Positions 53,736 through 62,718 are shown, counted from the stretch's first letter. The stretch: DNA of 64,000 bases from Chloroflexota bacterium (GCA_014874475.1 JADBJJ010000008.1:893-64892); one strand, 5' to 3'. Numbers and translations are program-made. The notes: generated from the sequence alone by a model not told the origin.

Positions 53736-55133
53736 TCAAGCCACCAATCCGTACTTTTGAAGGACCGGCCTCGGGTCCACCATGTTCTTCTCCAGTTCCG
53801 CCTTCTTCTCCTCCATCCCGAAGGCCAGCACCATCAACTGAGTGATGTAAAGGACAGGCAACTGGAAGTCCAGTTTCATCTGTACCTGCCGGGCTTCCAC
53901 GTTCACCTGGCAGAGAGGGCAAGCCGTCACCATCAGTTCCGCCCCGCTATCATGAGCATTGCGCAAAACCTTCTCCGAAAGTTCCAGCGCGATATTCGTC
54001 TGGGTGATGCCCAGGCTACCCCCGCAGCAGTCGGTCTTGTACGACCACTCCACCGGCTCGCCACCCAACGCTCGGATGATGTCGTCCATGCAGGTGGGGT
54101 TCTCCGGGTCCTCCACACCGGTGTACTTCGGAGGGCGGGTAGTCGCGCAGCCGTAGTACGACGCGACCCGCACACCCTGGAGAGGCTTCTGGACCCGCGC
54201 CCGGATCGCCTCCAGCCCAGCCCGCTCCAGCAACGTCTCCACCGCATGCAGGGTCTCCACCGTCCCCTGATACTGATACCCGACCCGCTGGGCCACCTGC
54301 TCCGCCAGGTCGGGGCGGTGGGCCATCTCGTACGCGCCGGCGCGGAAGCGCTGGTAGCATCCCAGGCACGGCGCCACCACCTGCCTCAGCCCCATCTGCT
54401 CCACCAGCGAGAGGTTCACCCCGGCATAATACCCCGCCAGGACCGGGTCGGTGGTATGCGCAGGCGTGGACCCGCAGCAGACCCATCCTGGCGGCTCCAC
54501 CAGTTCTATCCCCAGTGCCTGACAGACAGCGCGGAAAGTGTGATCATACTCGGTGGCCGTGGATTCTAGGGAACAACCGGGGTAATAGGCGATGACATTC
54601 CCTTTCACCTCCACCCGCTTCACCTTCTTCGGCGGACGGACGAACTCGGGCAGCAGACGAATCTTCCGCTTGAGAATCATCGGCACGCCCAGGTCCATAT
54701 CCTTCATTAGTTGTCCGGTGAGGACGTTCATCATCCCCATCAGGCCGGCCTCGTAGAGCCGTCCCGCCACGCCGATGGTCTTCAGGAAGACCTGGGTGAA
54801 GAGTTCCACCTCCCGCACCGGCGGCTTGATCCCCCGCTTCCGCGCCTCTATCCGCAGGACGTCCATCACTCCGGCCACGTCAATCCCTTGCGGGCAACGG
54901 GTAGAACAGGTGACACAGGCCGCGCAGACCCAGGGCGTCTTCGCCTCCAGTACCCGCTCGTCGTTGAACTGAATGGCCCGCATCACATGGTTGGGCAACA
55001 GGTCCATATGCTCCGCCACTGGGCACCCGCTGGAACAGCGGACACACTGGTAGCAGAGATACGGGTTGGAACCTGTATGCTCCTCTACAATCTCCGCCAG
55101 CGTTTGCGTTCGGACTCGTGCTCTGGCTGCCAT
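53736..55133 (-). CDS. HdrC/HdrB fusion (HdrD-like) iron-sulfur CCG-domain protein
   Basis: N-terminal 2x[4Fe-4S] motifs CYQCVRCSSGCP and CAACVTCSTRCP. Two CCG domains: YYPGCS...VCCGS and YYGCA...DCCGGS...CPLC. The ATG at 55133 follows AAGGAG; the track uses GTG at 55154. Confidence 0.85.
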   Translation of the reverse strand: MAARARVRTQTLAEIVEEHTGSNPYLCYQCVRCSSGCPVAEHMDLLPNHVMRAIQFNDERVLEAKTPWVCAACVTCSTRCPQGIDVAGVMDVLRIEARKRGIKPPVREVELFTQVFLKTIGVAGRLYEAGLMGMMNVLTGQLMKDMDLGVPMILKRKIRLLPEFVRPPKKVKRVEVKGNVIAYYPGCSLESTATEYDHTFRAVCQALGIELVEPPGWVCCGSTPAHTTDPVLAGYYAGVNLSLVEQMGLRQVVAPCLGCYQRFRAGAYEMAHRPDLAEQVAQRVGYQYQGTVETLHAVETLLERAGLEAIRARVQKPLQGVRVASYYGCATTRPPKYTGVEDPENPTCMDDIIRALGGEPVEWSYKTDCCGGSLGITQTNIALELSEKVLRNAHDSGAELMVTACPLCQVNVEARQVQMKLDFQLPVLYITQLMVLAFGMEEKKAELEKNMVDPRPVLQKYGLVA

Positions 55134-55184
55134 ACCCGCTCCTTTTTCAGCCACGAATTTCCGGGAAATTCGCGGAGTTCGTGG

Positions 55185-56171
55185 CTACTCTACAACGGGG
55201 CGAGGCAGAAGACCGGCGCCTTCTAAAATAGGCCGCACCGCCTCTTCCCACTCAATCGCCATAATGTGGACGCCCGCCACGCCGGGGATTTCGCGGAGTT
55301 CCTGAATCTGCTCAATGGCGATGCGGATGCCTTCCCGCTCCCAGGCTTCCTTGCGGCCCTTCTTGTCCTCTTTGGGGATTCCAGCGACCGCTGCCTCCAT
55401 CCGCTCCACGTACTCATCCCGCACGCGCATCCCCGGGACTTTATCCCGCATATACCGGGCCGCCCCGGCAGACTTCAGCGGGCCGATGCCCGCCAGGATG
55501 TAGACCTTCTCATGCAGACCCATATCCACCACTCGCTTCATAAATTCCCGGAAACGGGGGATATCTAAGATAATCTGGGTCTGGATGAAGTCCACCCCAG
55601 CGGCAATCTTCTTCGCCAGGCGGTACGGGCGGAAGTCGAAGGGGTCAGCAAAGGGGTTCTCCGCTGCGCCGATGAAGAACGCGGGGCGCATCCCCTTGAT
55701 CTCGTCCCCACACAGGAAGCGGCCCTCGTCCCGCATACCCCGGACCATACGGATGAACTGGATAGAGTCTAGGTCGTGGACGTTCTTGGCGGTGGGGTGA
55801 TTGCCGAAACTCTGATGGTCGCCGGTGAGGCAGAGGAGATTGCGCGCGCCCAGCGCGTAGGCCCCCAGCAGGTCCGACTGCATCGCCAGCCGGTTGCGGT
55901 CCCGACAGGTCATCTGGACGATGGGTTCCACCCCTTCCTGGAGCGCCAGGACCGCTGAGGCGATACTGGACATGCGGACAATGGCGGTCTGGTTGTCGGT
56001 GATGTTGGCGGCGTCCACCACGCCCTTGAGCAGGCGGGCCTTGCGCCGGATGACCTCGGGGTCGGCGCTCTGGGGCGGGCCAATCTCCGCCGTCACCGCG
56101 AAATATCCCGCGCGCAGGATTTTCTCCAGGTTGCTACCAGATTTGTAGCCATTGGTGCTTGCTTCGCTCAT
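55185..56171 (-). CDS. metF: Methylenetetrahydrofolate reductase, acetogen-type MetF
   Basis: 328 aa. FAVTAEIGPPQSADPEVIRRKARLLKGVVDAANITDNQTAIVRMSS and LCLTGDH. Follows metV with a 9-nt gap. Confidence 0.85.
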   Translation of the reverse strand: MSEASTNGYKSGSNLEKILRAGYFAVTAEIGPPQSADPEVIRRKARLLKGVVDAANITDNQTAIVRMSSIASAVLALQEGVEPIVQMTCRDRNRLAMQSDLLGAYALGARNLLCLTGDHQSFGNHPTAKNVHDLDSIQFIRMVRGMRDEGRFLCGDEIKGMRPAFFIGAAENPFADPFDFRPYRLAKKIAAGVDFIQTQIILDIPRFREFMKRVVDMGLHEKVYILAGIGPLKSAGAARYMRDKVPGMRVRDEYVERMEAAVAGIPKEDKKGRKEAWEREGIRIAIEQIQELREIPGVAGVHIMAIEWEEAVRPILEGAGLLPRPVVE

Positions 56172-56180
56172 CCTTCCACC

Positions 56181-56861
56181 TCACTCGCGTTCGGGTAGTC
56201 GCAGGTCTTCCCGCACAATCTTGCGGGGGCCGCCGTCCCGGCTGCGGGACCAGTTCTTGGGCGGCTGGACCTCCAGCAACCGCTCCATTTGCCCGAACCT
56301 GGCCGCCCGTTCCCAGATAAGGTGCCAGGCACAGGGGATATCGGGGGTCACCTCGCAGATGCCGTTCTGGGAGCCGCCACAGGGGCCATTCAGCAATTGC
56401 TTGGAGCAGCGGGCGATGGGGCAGATGCCAAAAGTGATGCCCAGGATACAGTCTCCGCAGGCCTGACAGCGCTCCTCCCAGATGCCGTGCTCCTCCGGCA
56501 ACCCCAGGAAAGTAGTGTTGAGCCCCGGCAGCGTGATGGCGTCTGGGAAGCGCTCGTTCATCGCCTGGACCCCGATGCCGCAGGCCAGGCTGAGGACGAC
56601 GTCGTAGTCCTTCAGCCGGTCTGCCAGTGGGTCAATATACTCCCACTCGCACTGCCGCTGGACGGTGACCTCGTCCACCTCCATCGGGCGGCCCTCCAGT
56701 TGGCTCCTCATGCGGAGAGCCGAGGCCAGAACCGCCGCTTCCTTCTCGCCTCCGGCGAAGCAGACGGTCACACACGTGCCGCACCCGGCCACCAGCACCC
56801 GGCGGGCACTCCCCAGCAGGCTCATAATCTCTTCCAGCGGTTTCTGTTCACCGACAATCAT
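56181..56861 (-). CDS. metV: MetV (methylene-THF reductase C-terminal-domain / zinc-ribbon iron-sulfur subunit)
   Basis: VLVAGCGTCVTVCFAGGEKE and CPIARCSKQLLNGPCGGSQNGICEV (MTHFR_C signature). The ATG at 56861 follows GGAGGA. An alternative GTG at 56888 overlaps the mvhD stop. Confidence 0.8.
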   Translation of the reverse strand: MIVGEQKPLEEIMSLLGSARRVLVAGCGTCVTVCFAGGEKEAAVLASALRMRSQLEGRPMEVDEVTVQRQCEWEYIDPLADRLKDYDVVLSLACGIGVQAMNERFPDAITLPGLNTTFLGLPEEHGIWEERCQACGDCILGITFGICPIARCSKQLLNGPCGGSQNGICEVTPDIPCAWHLIWERAARFGQMERLLEVQPPKNWSRSRDGGPRKIVREDLRLPERE

Positions 56862-56884
56862 GGTTCCTCCATAAATATCACGTA

Positions 56885-57322
56885 TCACACCTCATGCTTC
56901 ACGTTTCGCGCATCGCGCAACGGATTAGGCCCCAGTTCCCGGATCTTCTCCGTCATCTCCCGGACGTACTCCGCGAACTGGACCGCCATAGCCGAGGAGA
57001 GATTAAACATGCGCACCCGCTCGCCGCCCAGGCCGATTTTATCCAGCCACTCGGCGGCGTATTTGACTCTTCGTTTGGCGTTGACATTACCTTCCAGGTA
57101 ATGACATTCGCCTTCCAGTCAACCTGCCACCATCACCCCGTCGGCGCCGTGCTCAAAGGCGCGGAGAATCTCCGAAACCTCCACCCGCCCGGAGCAGGGC
57201 ACCTCCACAATACGGATGCCTGTGGGGTAGTTGAGACGCATCACCCCTGCCAGATCAGCGGCTGCGTAGGCGCAGTAGTGGCAGCAGAAGGCCAGGATTT
57301 TGGGTTCAAAGGTCTCCTCCAT
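56885..57322 (-). CDS. mvhD: MvhD/FlpD-like [2Fe-2S] protein, predicted selenoprotein (in-frame UGA at 57121-57119 read as Sec)
   Basis: The track ORF (57119-57322, 67 aa) ends ...GADGVMVAG-TGA. The same frame then continues with no stop for 77 codons: LEGECHYLEGNVNAKRRVKYAAEWLDKIGLGGERVRMFNLSSAMAVQFAEYVREMTEKIRELGPNP..., ending at TGA 56885-56887. It aligns residue for residue with the paralog at 62895-63326 (ADGVYIVAC-PLGNCHHVHGNERALARVKYAKSLLDKIGIGGDRLEM...), so the TGA sits opposite a conserved Cys. Confidence 0.75.
57077..57112 (-). promoter_or_regulatory. Candidate bacterial SECIS stem-loop
   Basis: mRNA reads UGA-CUGGAA-GGCGAAUGUCAUUACC-UGGAA-GGUAAUGUCAACGCC. The apical stem is 7 bp (CAUUACC/GGUAAUG), then U.U, 2 bp, a small internal loop and 4 bp (GGCG/CGCC). 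The apical loop UGGAA contains GG, and the UGA-to-loop distance is 22 nt. Confidence 0.6.
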
Positions 57323-57340
57323 ATGCCCTCCTGGAACCGG

Positions 57341-58066
57341 TCACAGAGTCAGCAGGCCCAACAAGGCCGTCGCGTAAAAGGACACCAACAGCGCCGGACT
57401 GGGCCGATACTCGCAGCGCAGAACTTTCGCCATACAACCAGTGTCCCTCAGTACTCGCTCCACAAACTGTCGGGTCAGATACTGGGTCCACCGCTTCATA
57501 GCCTGGTCCCGGCGGGTATGGTCATAGTAACGGTCGGAGAAATAGCCATACCGCTCCCGTTCCTCCCACGTCGCTAGGTGTCCTTCCCGCAGATACAGGT
57601 CCAGCAACTCGCTATCGGTAAACGAGTCAAAGGCCACATTCGGATAGAGCGCCGCCAGTAGGGCCTTCACCTCCGATCGCGGACGATCGCTATAGAATTT
57701 CGCCAGCAACCAATGGGTCCGCAAGCGATATTGCAGATAGTGACGGTAATGAGCGATGCCGTCTATTATGAATCGGTACCCCTCACCGCGATGGGTGAAC
57801 CAGTCCTGAATCTGATGAAGCGTCGCGCCGAAGACGTAAGGATGCCCCCAGCAGATTGCCCGCTCCACAAGCCAGCGCGCCGTCCGCCAACCCGCGAAGT
57901 GGAGAAACGGGTAAAAGGTCAACGTCAGAAGCGAGAAGGTATCCACAGACAGATTGCCCCGGGCAATCAGTTCGGCAACGTACGCCCCCGCACTCCCCAG
58001 GCGATTCCCGATGACTTCCAACACCCATTGTTTGGTCAGGTCGTAATGAACATCGTACTGGGCCAT
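57341..58066 (-). CDS. Hypothetical protein embedded in the hdr-mvhD-metVF operon
   Basis: 241 aa, stop 18 nt upstream of the mvhD ATG. His/Asp-rich conserved-looking spots (DVHYD, NLSVD, LHF, LHQIQDWFTHRG) and a hydrophobic C-terminal tail LLVSFYATALLGLLTL. No family recognised with confidence. Confidence 0.5.
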   Translation of the reverse strand: MAQYDVHYDLTKQWVLEVIGNRLGSAGAYVAELIARGNLSVDTFSLLTLTFYPFLHFAGWRTARWLVERAICWGHPYVFGATLHQIQDWFTHRGEGYRFIIDGIAHYRHYLQYRLRTHWLLAKFYSDRPRSEVKALLAALYPNVAFDSFTDSELLDLYLREGHLATWEERERYGYFSDRYYDHTRRDQAMKRWTQYLTRQFVERVLRDTGCMAKVLRCEYRPSPALLVSFYATALLGLLTL

Positions 58067-58227
58067 AGCATCGTTGTCAGCCGCAATGGTATGCCCCGCT
58101 CTTCTTTACCTCACAACCCGTGAGAATACCTCCGACCGTTCATCTGGACCAGCATTAGCGTGCAAAACTGGATCAGTGCAGGCAGGTTGACACCTTTTAG
58201 GTACAACTCCACCGCCATTTGTCGCTG

Positions 58228-61200
58228 CTACACTCTCACCCACACCCCCTCCAATGCCTCTATCTTCGCCTCTATCTGCCCATCCCGGTAGTGGAGCAAC
58301 TGGATGGCCTTCGCCGGGCATTCAGCCACGCAGACGCCACAACCGTGGCACTGGGCCGGCTCAATGTAGGCCGCGCCCACAATGCCCCCCACCCCCATCA
58401 GGTCCGCCCGGATGCGCGGCACGCGGTACGGGCAAATCCGCACACAGGTCAGACACCCAACACACTTTTCGGCGTCCACCAAGGCGACGACGTCGCCCAC
58501 TTCCAGACAGTCCCGGCTCAGGATGGTCGCCGCGCGGGCCGCCGCTGCCTGTGCCTGGGCAATGCTCTCCCCCAGGAACTTCGGGTAGTGGGCCATCCCC
58601 GCCAGGAAGAAGCCGTCGGCGGCAAAATCCACTGGGCGCAGTTTGACATGCGCCTCTAGGAAGAACCCGTCCAGGTCCACCGGCAACTTCAGCCGGGCTG
58701 CCAACTCGCGCGCCCCCGGCGACGGTACTACCGGCATACTCAGCACCAGCAGGTCCGGCTGAAGGACCAACACCTCCCCCAGCACCGGCTCCCACACTTT
58801 CATCTGCAATCTTGAATCGGCAATCTGCACCTGGGGCTTCCGGTCAAAATCGTACCGGATGAACACCACCCCGGCCCGGCGAGCCTCCTGGTAGATGCGC
58901 TCCTTGAAGCCGAAGGTCCGGATGTCCCGATAGAGCACCGTCACCTGAGCCTGCGGCTTGTGCCGCTTCAGCATCAGCGCGTTCTTAAGGGCTGTCGTGC
59001 AACAGATGCGGGCGCAGTACCGCTCCGCCGGCCCGACACACTGAATCATCACCACCGAATCGGGTAAATCCCTCCCCTCTCCCAACCGTTCCTCAAACTC
59101 CTGCTGGGTGATGATGCGGGGGTCTGTGCCGTAACCGTATTCCGGCCCCCGGTACTCCACCCCACCAACGGCCAGGATAGCCGCCCCATGCCGGATTTCC
59201 TCCTCGCCCTTGGGCCCCCGCAGGCGGGTGACATATTGGCCGACGAAGCCACTTGTCTCCAGGACCTCGGTGTTCAGGTGGACAGTGATCAGGGGCTCAG
59301 CCTGGACGCGACCGACCAGCGCGCGGGCGTACGCCTGAGGGTCCAGCCACATCCGCTCGCCGTCGCCCGTTGCCTCCTGCAGCGAATGGCGCAGGTGGAG
59401 CAGGTTACCCCCCAGCCGGTCCGACCGTTCCACCAGATGGACCGGAAAGCCCTGACGGGCCAGGGTCAGTGCGGCGTTCATGCCCGCCGCGCCGCCGCCA
59501 ATCACCAGCGCGGCCTTCTGGACCGGCACGCGCGTCCGGTGGAGCGGCTCCAGACGGGCCGCCTTCGCCACTGCCATCCGCACCAGTTCCTTCGCCTTCT
59601 CCGTTGCTCCTCCCCAATCCGCCTGATGAACCCAGGAACACTGGTTGCGGATGTTGGCCATCTCAAAGAGATAGGGGTTGAGCCCGGCCTGACGGATCGC
59701 ATCCTGGAAAAGCGGCTCGTGGGTCAGCGGCGTACAGGCCGCCACAACGACCCGGTTCAGGTTCAACTCCTGCACCTGCTCCACGATGCGCCGGATGGAG
59801 TCCTGAGAGCAGGTGTACAGGTTGTATTCGGCGTGGACGACGCCGGGCAGAGTCGCCGCGTACTCCGCCACCGCCGGAACGTCCAGGAATCCGGCGATAT
59901 TGGACCCGCACTTGCAGACAAAGACGCCGATGCGCAGCGGCTCCTTCATTACGTCCCGCTCCGGCGGGTAGACTGCAGGCGCCGTCTGGGTCCAGCGGGC
60001 AGAGGCCAGGAGTGCCCCCGCCAGACCCGCCGCCGCGCTGGCCTCTACCACCGACTCTGGAATATCCTTCGGCTCCCGGAAAGGCCCAATGGCGAAGACC
60101 CCCGGCTTGCTGGTCTGGAGCGGAGCGAAGGGGACGGTCTGGCAGAAACCGTAGGGGTCTGTCGCCACCCCCACCCGCCGGGCCAGGTCGCGGACGCTCT
60201 CCGGGACCTCCATGCCGACGGAGAGCACCACCAGATCAAACTCCTCCTCCCGGATGCCGCGCCCGTTCCCCTCATCCACATACCGGATGACCAGGTTGTG
60301 GGTCCTGGGGTCCTCCTTCACCGCCGAGACGCGGCACTCCACAAAGCGGATGCCGTACCGCTCTTGTGCCCGACGGTAGAAATCCAGATACCCTTTACTG
60401 AAGGCCCGCATATCCATCAGGAAGATGGTGACCTCAGTATCCGGCTCGTGCTCTATCGCCATCATCGCCTCTTTGATGGCGTAGACGCAGCAGACCGAGG
60501 AGCAATAGTCGTGCTTCTGATCGCGCGAGCCGACGCACTGGATAAAGGCGATGCGCTTGGGCGTCCGTCCATCGGACGGGCGCTGGACATGCCCCAGGGT
60601 AGGGCCGGACGCGTTGAGAAGCCGTTCAAACTGCAGGGAAGTGACGACGTTGGGATAGCGGCCCCAACCGTACTCTCCAGCCTTTTCGGCGTCAAAAGTA
60701 GCAAAACCTGGAGCCAAGAGGATGGCGCCGACATCCAGTTCCACCGTCTGCTCTACCATATCGTGGTCCACCGCCCCCGCCTGGCAAGTGTAGACGCAAC
60801 TCAGACACTCCGAACAGATGCCGCAGGCCAGACAGCGGGCCGCCTCCGCCTGGGCCTGTTCGTCGGCGTATCCGGCGACCACTTCCTCAAAAGTGGAAAG
60901 CCGCTGCTCCACCGGCAGGGCGCTCATCGGGACGCGGGGCTGGATGTGGACCTCACCGCGCGCAACCCGCCCATCAATCTCCGTTCGCGAGAGTTCCACC
61001 ACCGGCAGTTTGGGCTTCGGCGGCGGTTCCAGGTCCATCCCCTGGAGATACCGGTGAATGGCCTGCGCAACTTTGTGGCCGGCGGCAACGGCCTCAATGA
61101 CAAACGCCGTCCCGGTGGCAACATCCCCGGCGGCAAAGACGCCCGGACGGCTGGTTGCCAGAGTGTTGGGATTGACGGCGACCGTCGCCTGATCGGTGAT

Positions 61201-62718
61201 GCCAACCCCGGCGCTTTCCGGGATGAACGCCAGACCGGCCCGCTGGCCCACAGAGAAAATGACATTATCGCAGGGAACAAAGTGCTCCGAACCGGGAACG
61301 ATGACCGGCCTGCGGCGCCCCGTCTCATCGGGCAAGCCCGGCTCTGTGCGGACGCATTTCATCCCGACGACCCGCCGGCTACCATCCCCCACAATCTCCA
61401 CCGGCGTGGTCTGCCAGTGGAAAACGACGCCCTCCTCCTCCGCCCGCTCCATCTCCTCCGGGTCGGCAGTGGCCTCTTCACGGGTCCGGCGGTAGTAGAC
61501 GTGGACCTCAGCACCCAGGCGGCGCGCGGTACGGGCCACGTCCATAGCCACGTCGCCCGCGCCGACGACTGCTACCTGTTTCCCCAATTTCGGCGGATTG
61601 CCCAGACGGACGTCCCGCAGGAAACGGGTGTTGATCAGCACGCCGTCCAGGTCCGCGCCGGGAATGTTGAGCCGGACGCCCTCATGGGCGCCAACAGCGA
61701 TGAGGACAGCGTCAAATCCCTCCGCAAAGACATCGTCCAGATTGTTCACCGGATGGTTCAGCCGCAACTCCACACCCAGGTCCACGATGTCCTGAACCTC
61801 GCGGTCCACAATCCACGAGGGCAGACGGTACTCCGGCACGCCGACGCGCAGCATCCCGCCGGCGACAGGCAGGGCCTCAAAGACGGTGACGCCGTAGCCC
61901 ATTTTACAGAGGTCCTGCGCGGCGGTCAGGCCGCAGGGCCCGGCGCCAATGACAGCGACTCGCTGGGAGTATCGGCGCGGGGCCGGTTCGGGCGGCACGC
62001 GTGGCTTTTCATACACTTTGTCGGTCACAAACCGCTTGAGGGCCCGGATGTTGATGGGTTCGTCCAGTTTGCCCCGGCTGCAGGCATCCTCACAGCGGTG
62101 GTTGCAGATCCGCCCGCAGATACCCGGGAAGGGATTGTCCTCCTTGATGACCCGCAGAGCGTCCTCGTAGCGACCCTCGCGGACGAGGGCGATATAGCCC
62201 TGAGCCCGCTGACCAGCAGGGCAGGCGCTCCGGCAAGGGGCGATGCCCCGTTTCTCTATCGCGTACGCGTTGGGGACAGCCTGGGGGTAGAGTTTGTACG
62301 CCGCGCGCTGGAAACCCAGCCCCGCGTTGAACGGGTCCGGGATAATGACCGGGCAAACGCTCCTGCACTCCCCGCATCCGGTGCACTTCTCCAGGTCAAT
62401 GTACCGGGGCTTCTTGCGCAAGCGGACGGTGAAATTCCCCGCCTCTCCGTCCACACTGAGGACTTCGGTATCCACCAATAACTCAATGTTGCGGTGGCGA
62501 CCGGTCTCCACCAGTTTGGGGCTCAGGATGCACATAGCGCAGTCGTTGGTGGGGAAGGTCTTATCCAGTTGAGCCATGTGCCCACCGATGGCGGATTTGG
62601 CCTCCACCAGGTAGACCTTGAGGCCGGCCTCCGCCAGGTCCAGGGCAGCCTGGACCCCGGCGATGCCGCCGCCGACCACAAGGACGGAACCGACCACGCC
62701 GTTCGGATGCTCGGACAT
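58228..62718 (-). CDS. HdrL-like giant flavo-iron-sulfur fusion: HdrA module with an inserted GltD/NfnB-like NAD(P)H module, plus a second HdrA module
   Basis: 1496 aa. HdrA-1: VVGGGIAGVQAALDLAEAGLKVYLVE, CTGCGECRSVCP, IAFIQCVGSRD...CSSVCC. Insert: CPAGQ...ICNHRCEDAC, RVAVIGAGPCGLTAA, VAVVGAGDVAMDVA, VFAAGD (glutamate-synthase small-subunit fold). HdrA-2: RIGVFVCKCGSNI, ALVIGGGAAGMNAAL, MIQCVGPAERYCARICC. C-terminal 2x[4Fe-4S]: CVGCLTCVRICP and CHGCGVCVAECP. Confidence 0.85.
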   Translation of the reverse strand: MSEHPNGVVGSVLVVGGGIAGVQAALDLAEAGLKVYLVEAKSAIGGHMAQLDKTFPTNDCAMCILSPKLVETGRHRNIELLVDTEVLSVDGEAGNFTVRLRKKPRYIDLEKCTGCGECRSVCPVIIPDPFNAGLGFQRAAYKLYPQAVPNAYAIEKRGIAPCRSACPAGQRAQGYIALVREGRYEDALRVIKEDNPFPGICGRICNHRCEDACSRGKLDEPINIRALKRFVTDKVYEKPRVPPEPAPRRYSQRVAVIGAGPCGLTAAQDLCKMGYGVTVFEALPVAGGMLRVGVPEYRLPSWIVDREVQDIVDLGVELRLNHPVNNLDDVFAEGFDAVLIAVGAHEGVRLNIPGADLDGVLINTRFLRDVRLGNPPKLGKQVAVVGAGDVAMDVARTARRLGAEVHVYYRRTREEATADPEEMERAEEEGVVFHWQTTPVEIVGDGSRRVVGMKCVRTEPGLPDETGRRRPVIVPGSEHFVPCDNVIFSVGQRAGLAFIPESAGVGITDQATVAVNPNTLATSRPGVFAAGDVATGTAFVIEAVAAGHKVAQAIHRYLQGMDLEPPPKPKLPVVELSRTEIDGRVARGEVHIQPRVPMSALPVEQRLSTFEEVVAGYADEQAQAEAARCLACGICSECLSCVYTCQAGAVDHDMVEQTVELDVGAILLAPGFATFDAEKAGEYGWGRYPNVVTSLQFERLLNASGPTLGHVQRPSDGRTPKRIAFIQCVGSRDQKHDYCSSVCCVYAIKEAMMAIEHEPDTEVTIFLMDMRAFSKGYLDFYRRAQERYGIRFVECRVSAVKEDPRTHNLVIRYVDEGNGRGIREEEFDLVVLSVGMEVPESVRDLARRVGVATDPYGFCQTVPFAPLQTSKPGVFAIGPFREPKDIPESVVEASAAAGLAGALLASARWTQTAPAVYPPERDVMKEPLRIGVFVCKCGSNIAGFLDVPAVAEYAATLPGVVHAEYNLYTCSQDSIRRIVEQVQELNLNRVVVAACTPLTHEPLFQDAIRQAGLNPYLFEMANIRNQCSWVHQADWGGATEKAKELVRMAVAKAARLEPLHRTRVPVQKAALVIGGGAAGMNAALTLARQGFPVHLVERSDRLGGNLLHLRHSLQEATGDGERMWLDPQAYARALVGRVQAEPLITVHLNTEVLETSGFVGQYVTRLRGPKGEEEIRHGAAILAVGGVEYRGPEYGYGTDPRIITQQEFEERLGEGRDLPDSVVMIQCVGPAERYCARICCTTALKNALMLKRHKPQAQVTVLYRDIRTFGFKERIYQEARRAGVVFIRYDFDRKPQVQIADSRLQMKVWEPVLGEVLVLQPDLLVLSMPVVPSPGARELAARLKLPVDLDGFFLEAHVKLRPVDFAADGFFLAGMAHYPKFLGESIAQAQAAAARAATILSRDCLEVGDVVALVDAEKCVGCLTCVRICPYRVPRIRADLMGVGGIVGAAYIEPAQCHGCGVCVAECPAKAIQLLHYRDGQIEAKIEALEGVWVRV

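Noticed and set aside
57119-57121. The TGA in mvhD as a genuine stop (truncated gene or pseudogene)
   Set aside because: Not favoured. The downstream 77 codons remain open, are strongly MvhD-like, and end just before the next gene's RBS. The TGA aligns with a conserved Cys, and a hairpin sits at SECIS distance. This reading remains the alternative hypothesis if no Sec machinery exists in the genome.
58111-58218. 35-codon ORF (MAVELYLKGVNLPALIQFCTLMLVQMNGRRYSHGL) in the spacer after hdrL
   Set aside because: No SD sequence, very short, and no recognisable features. It cannot be supported from sequence alone.
59188-62481. 1097-aa plus-strand ORF opposite the HdrL-like gene
   Set aside because: Same explanation: it is antisense to a gene with dense, ordered Fe-S and FAD motifs. 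Its own product is low-complexity and Arg/Gly/Pro/His-rich, with no RBS context.
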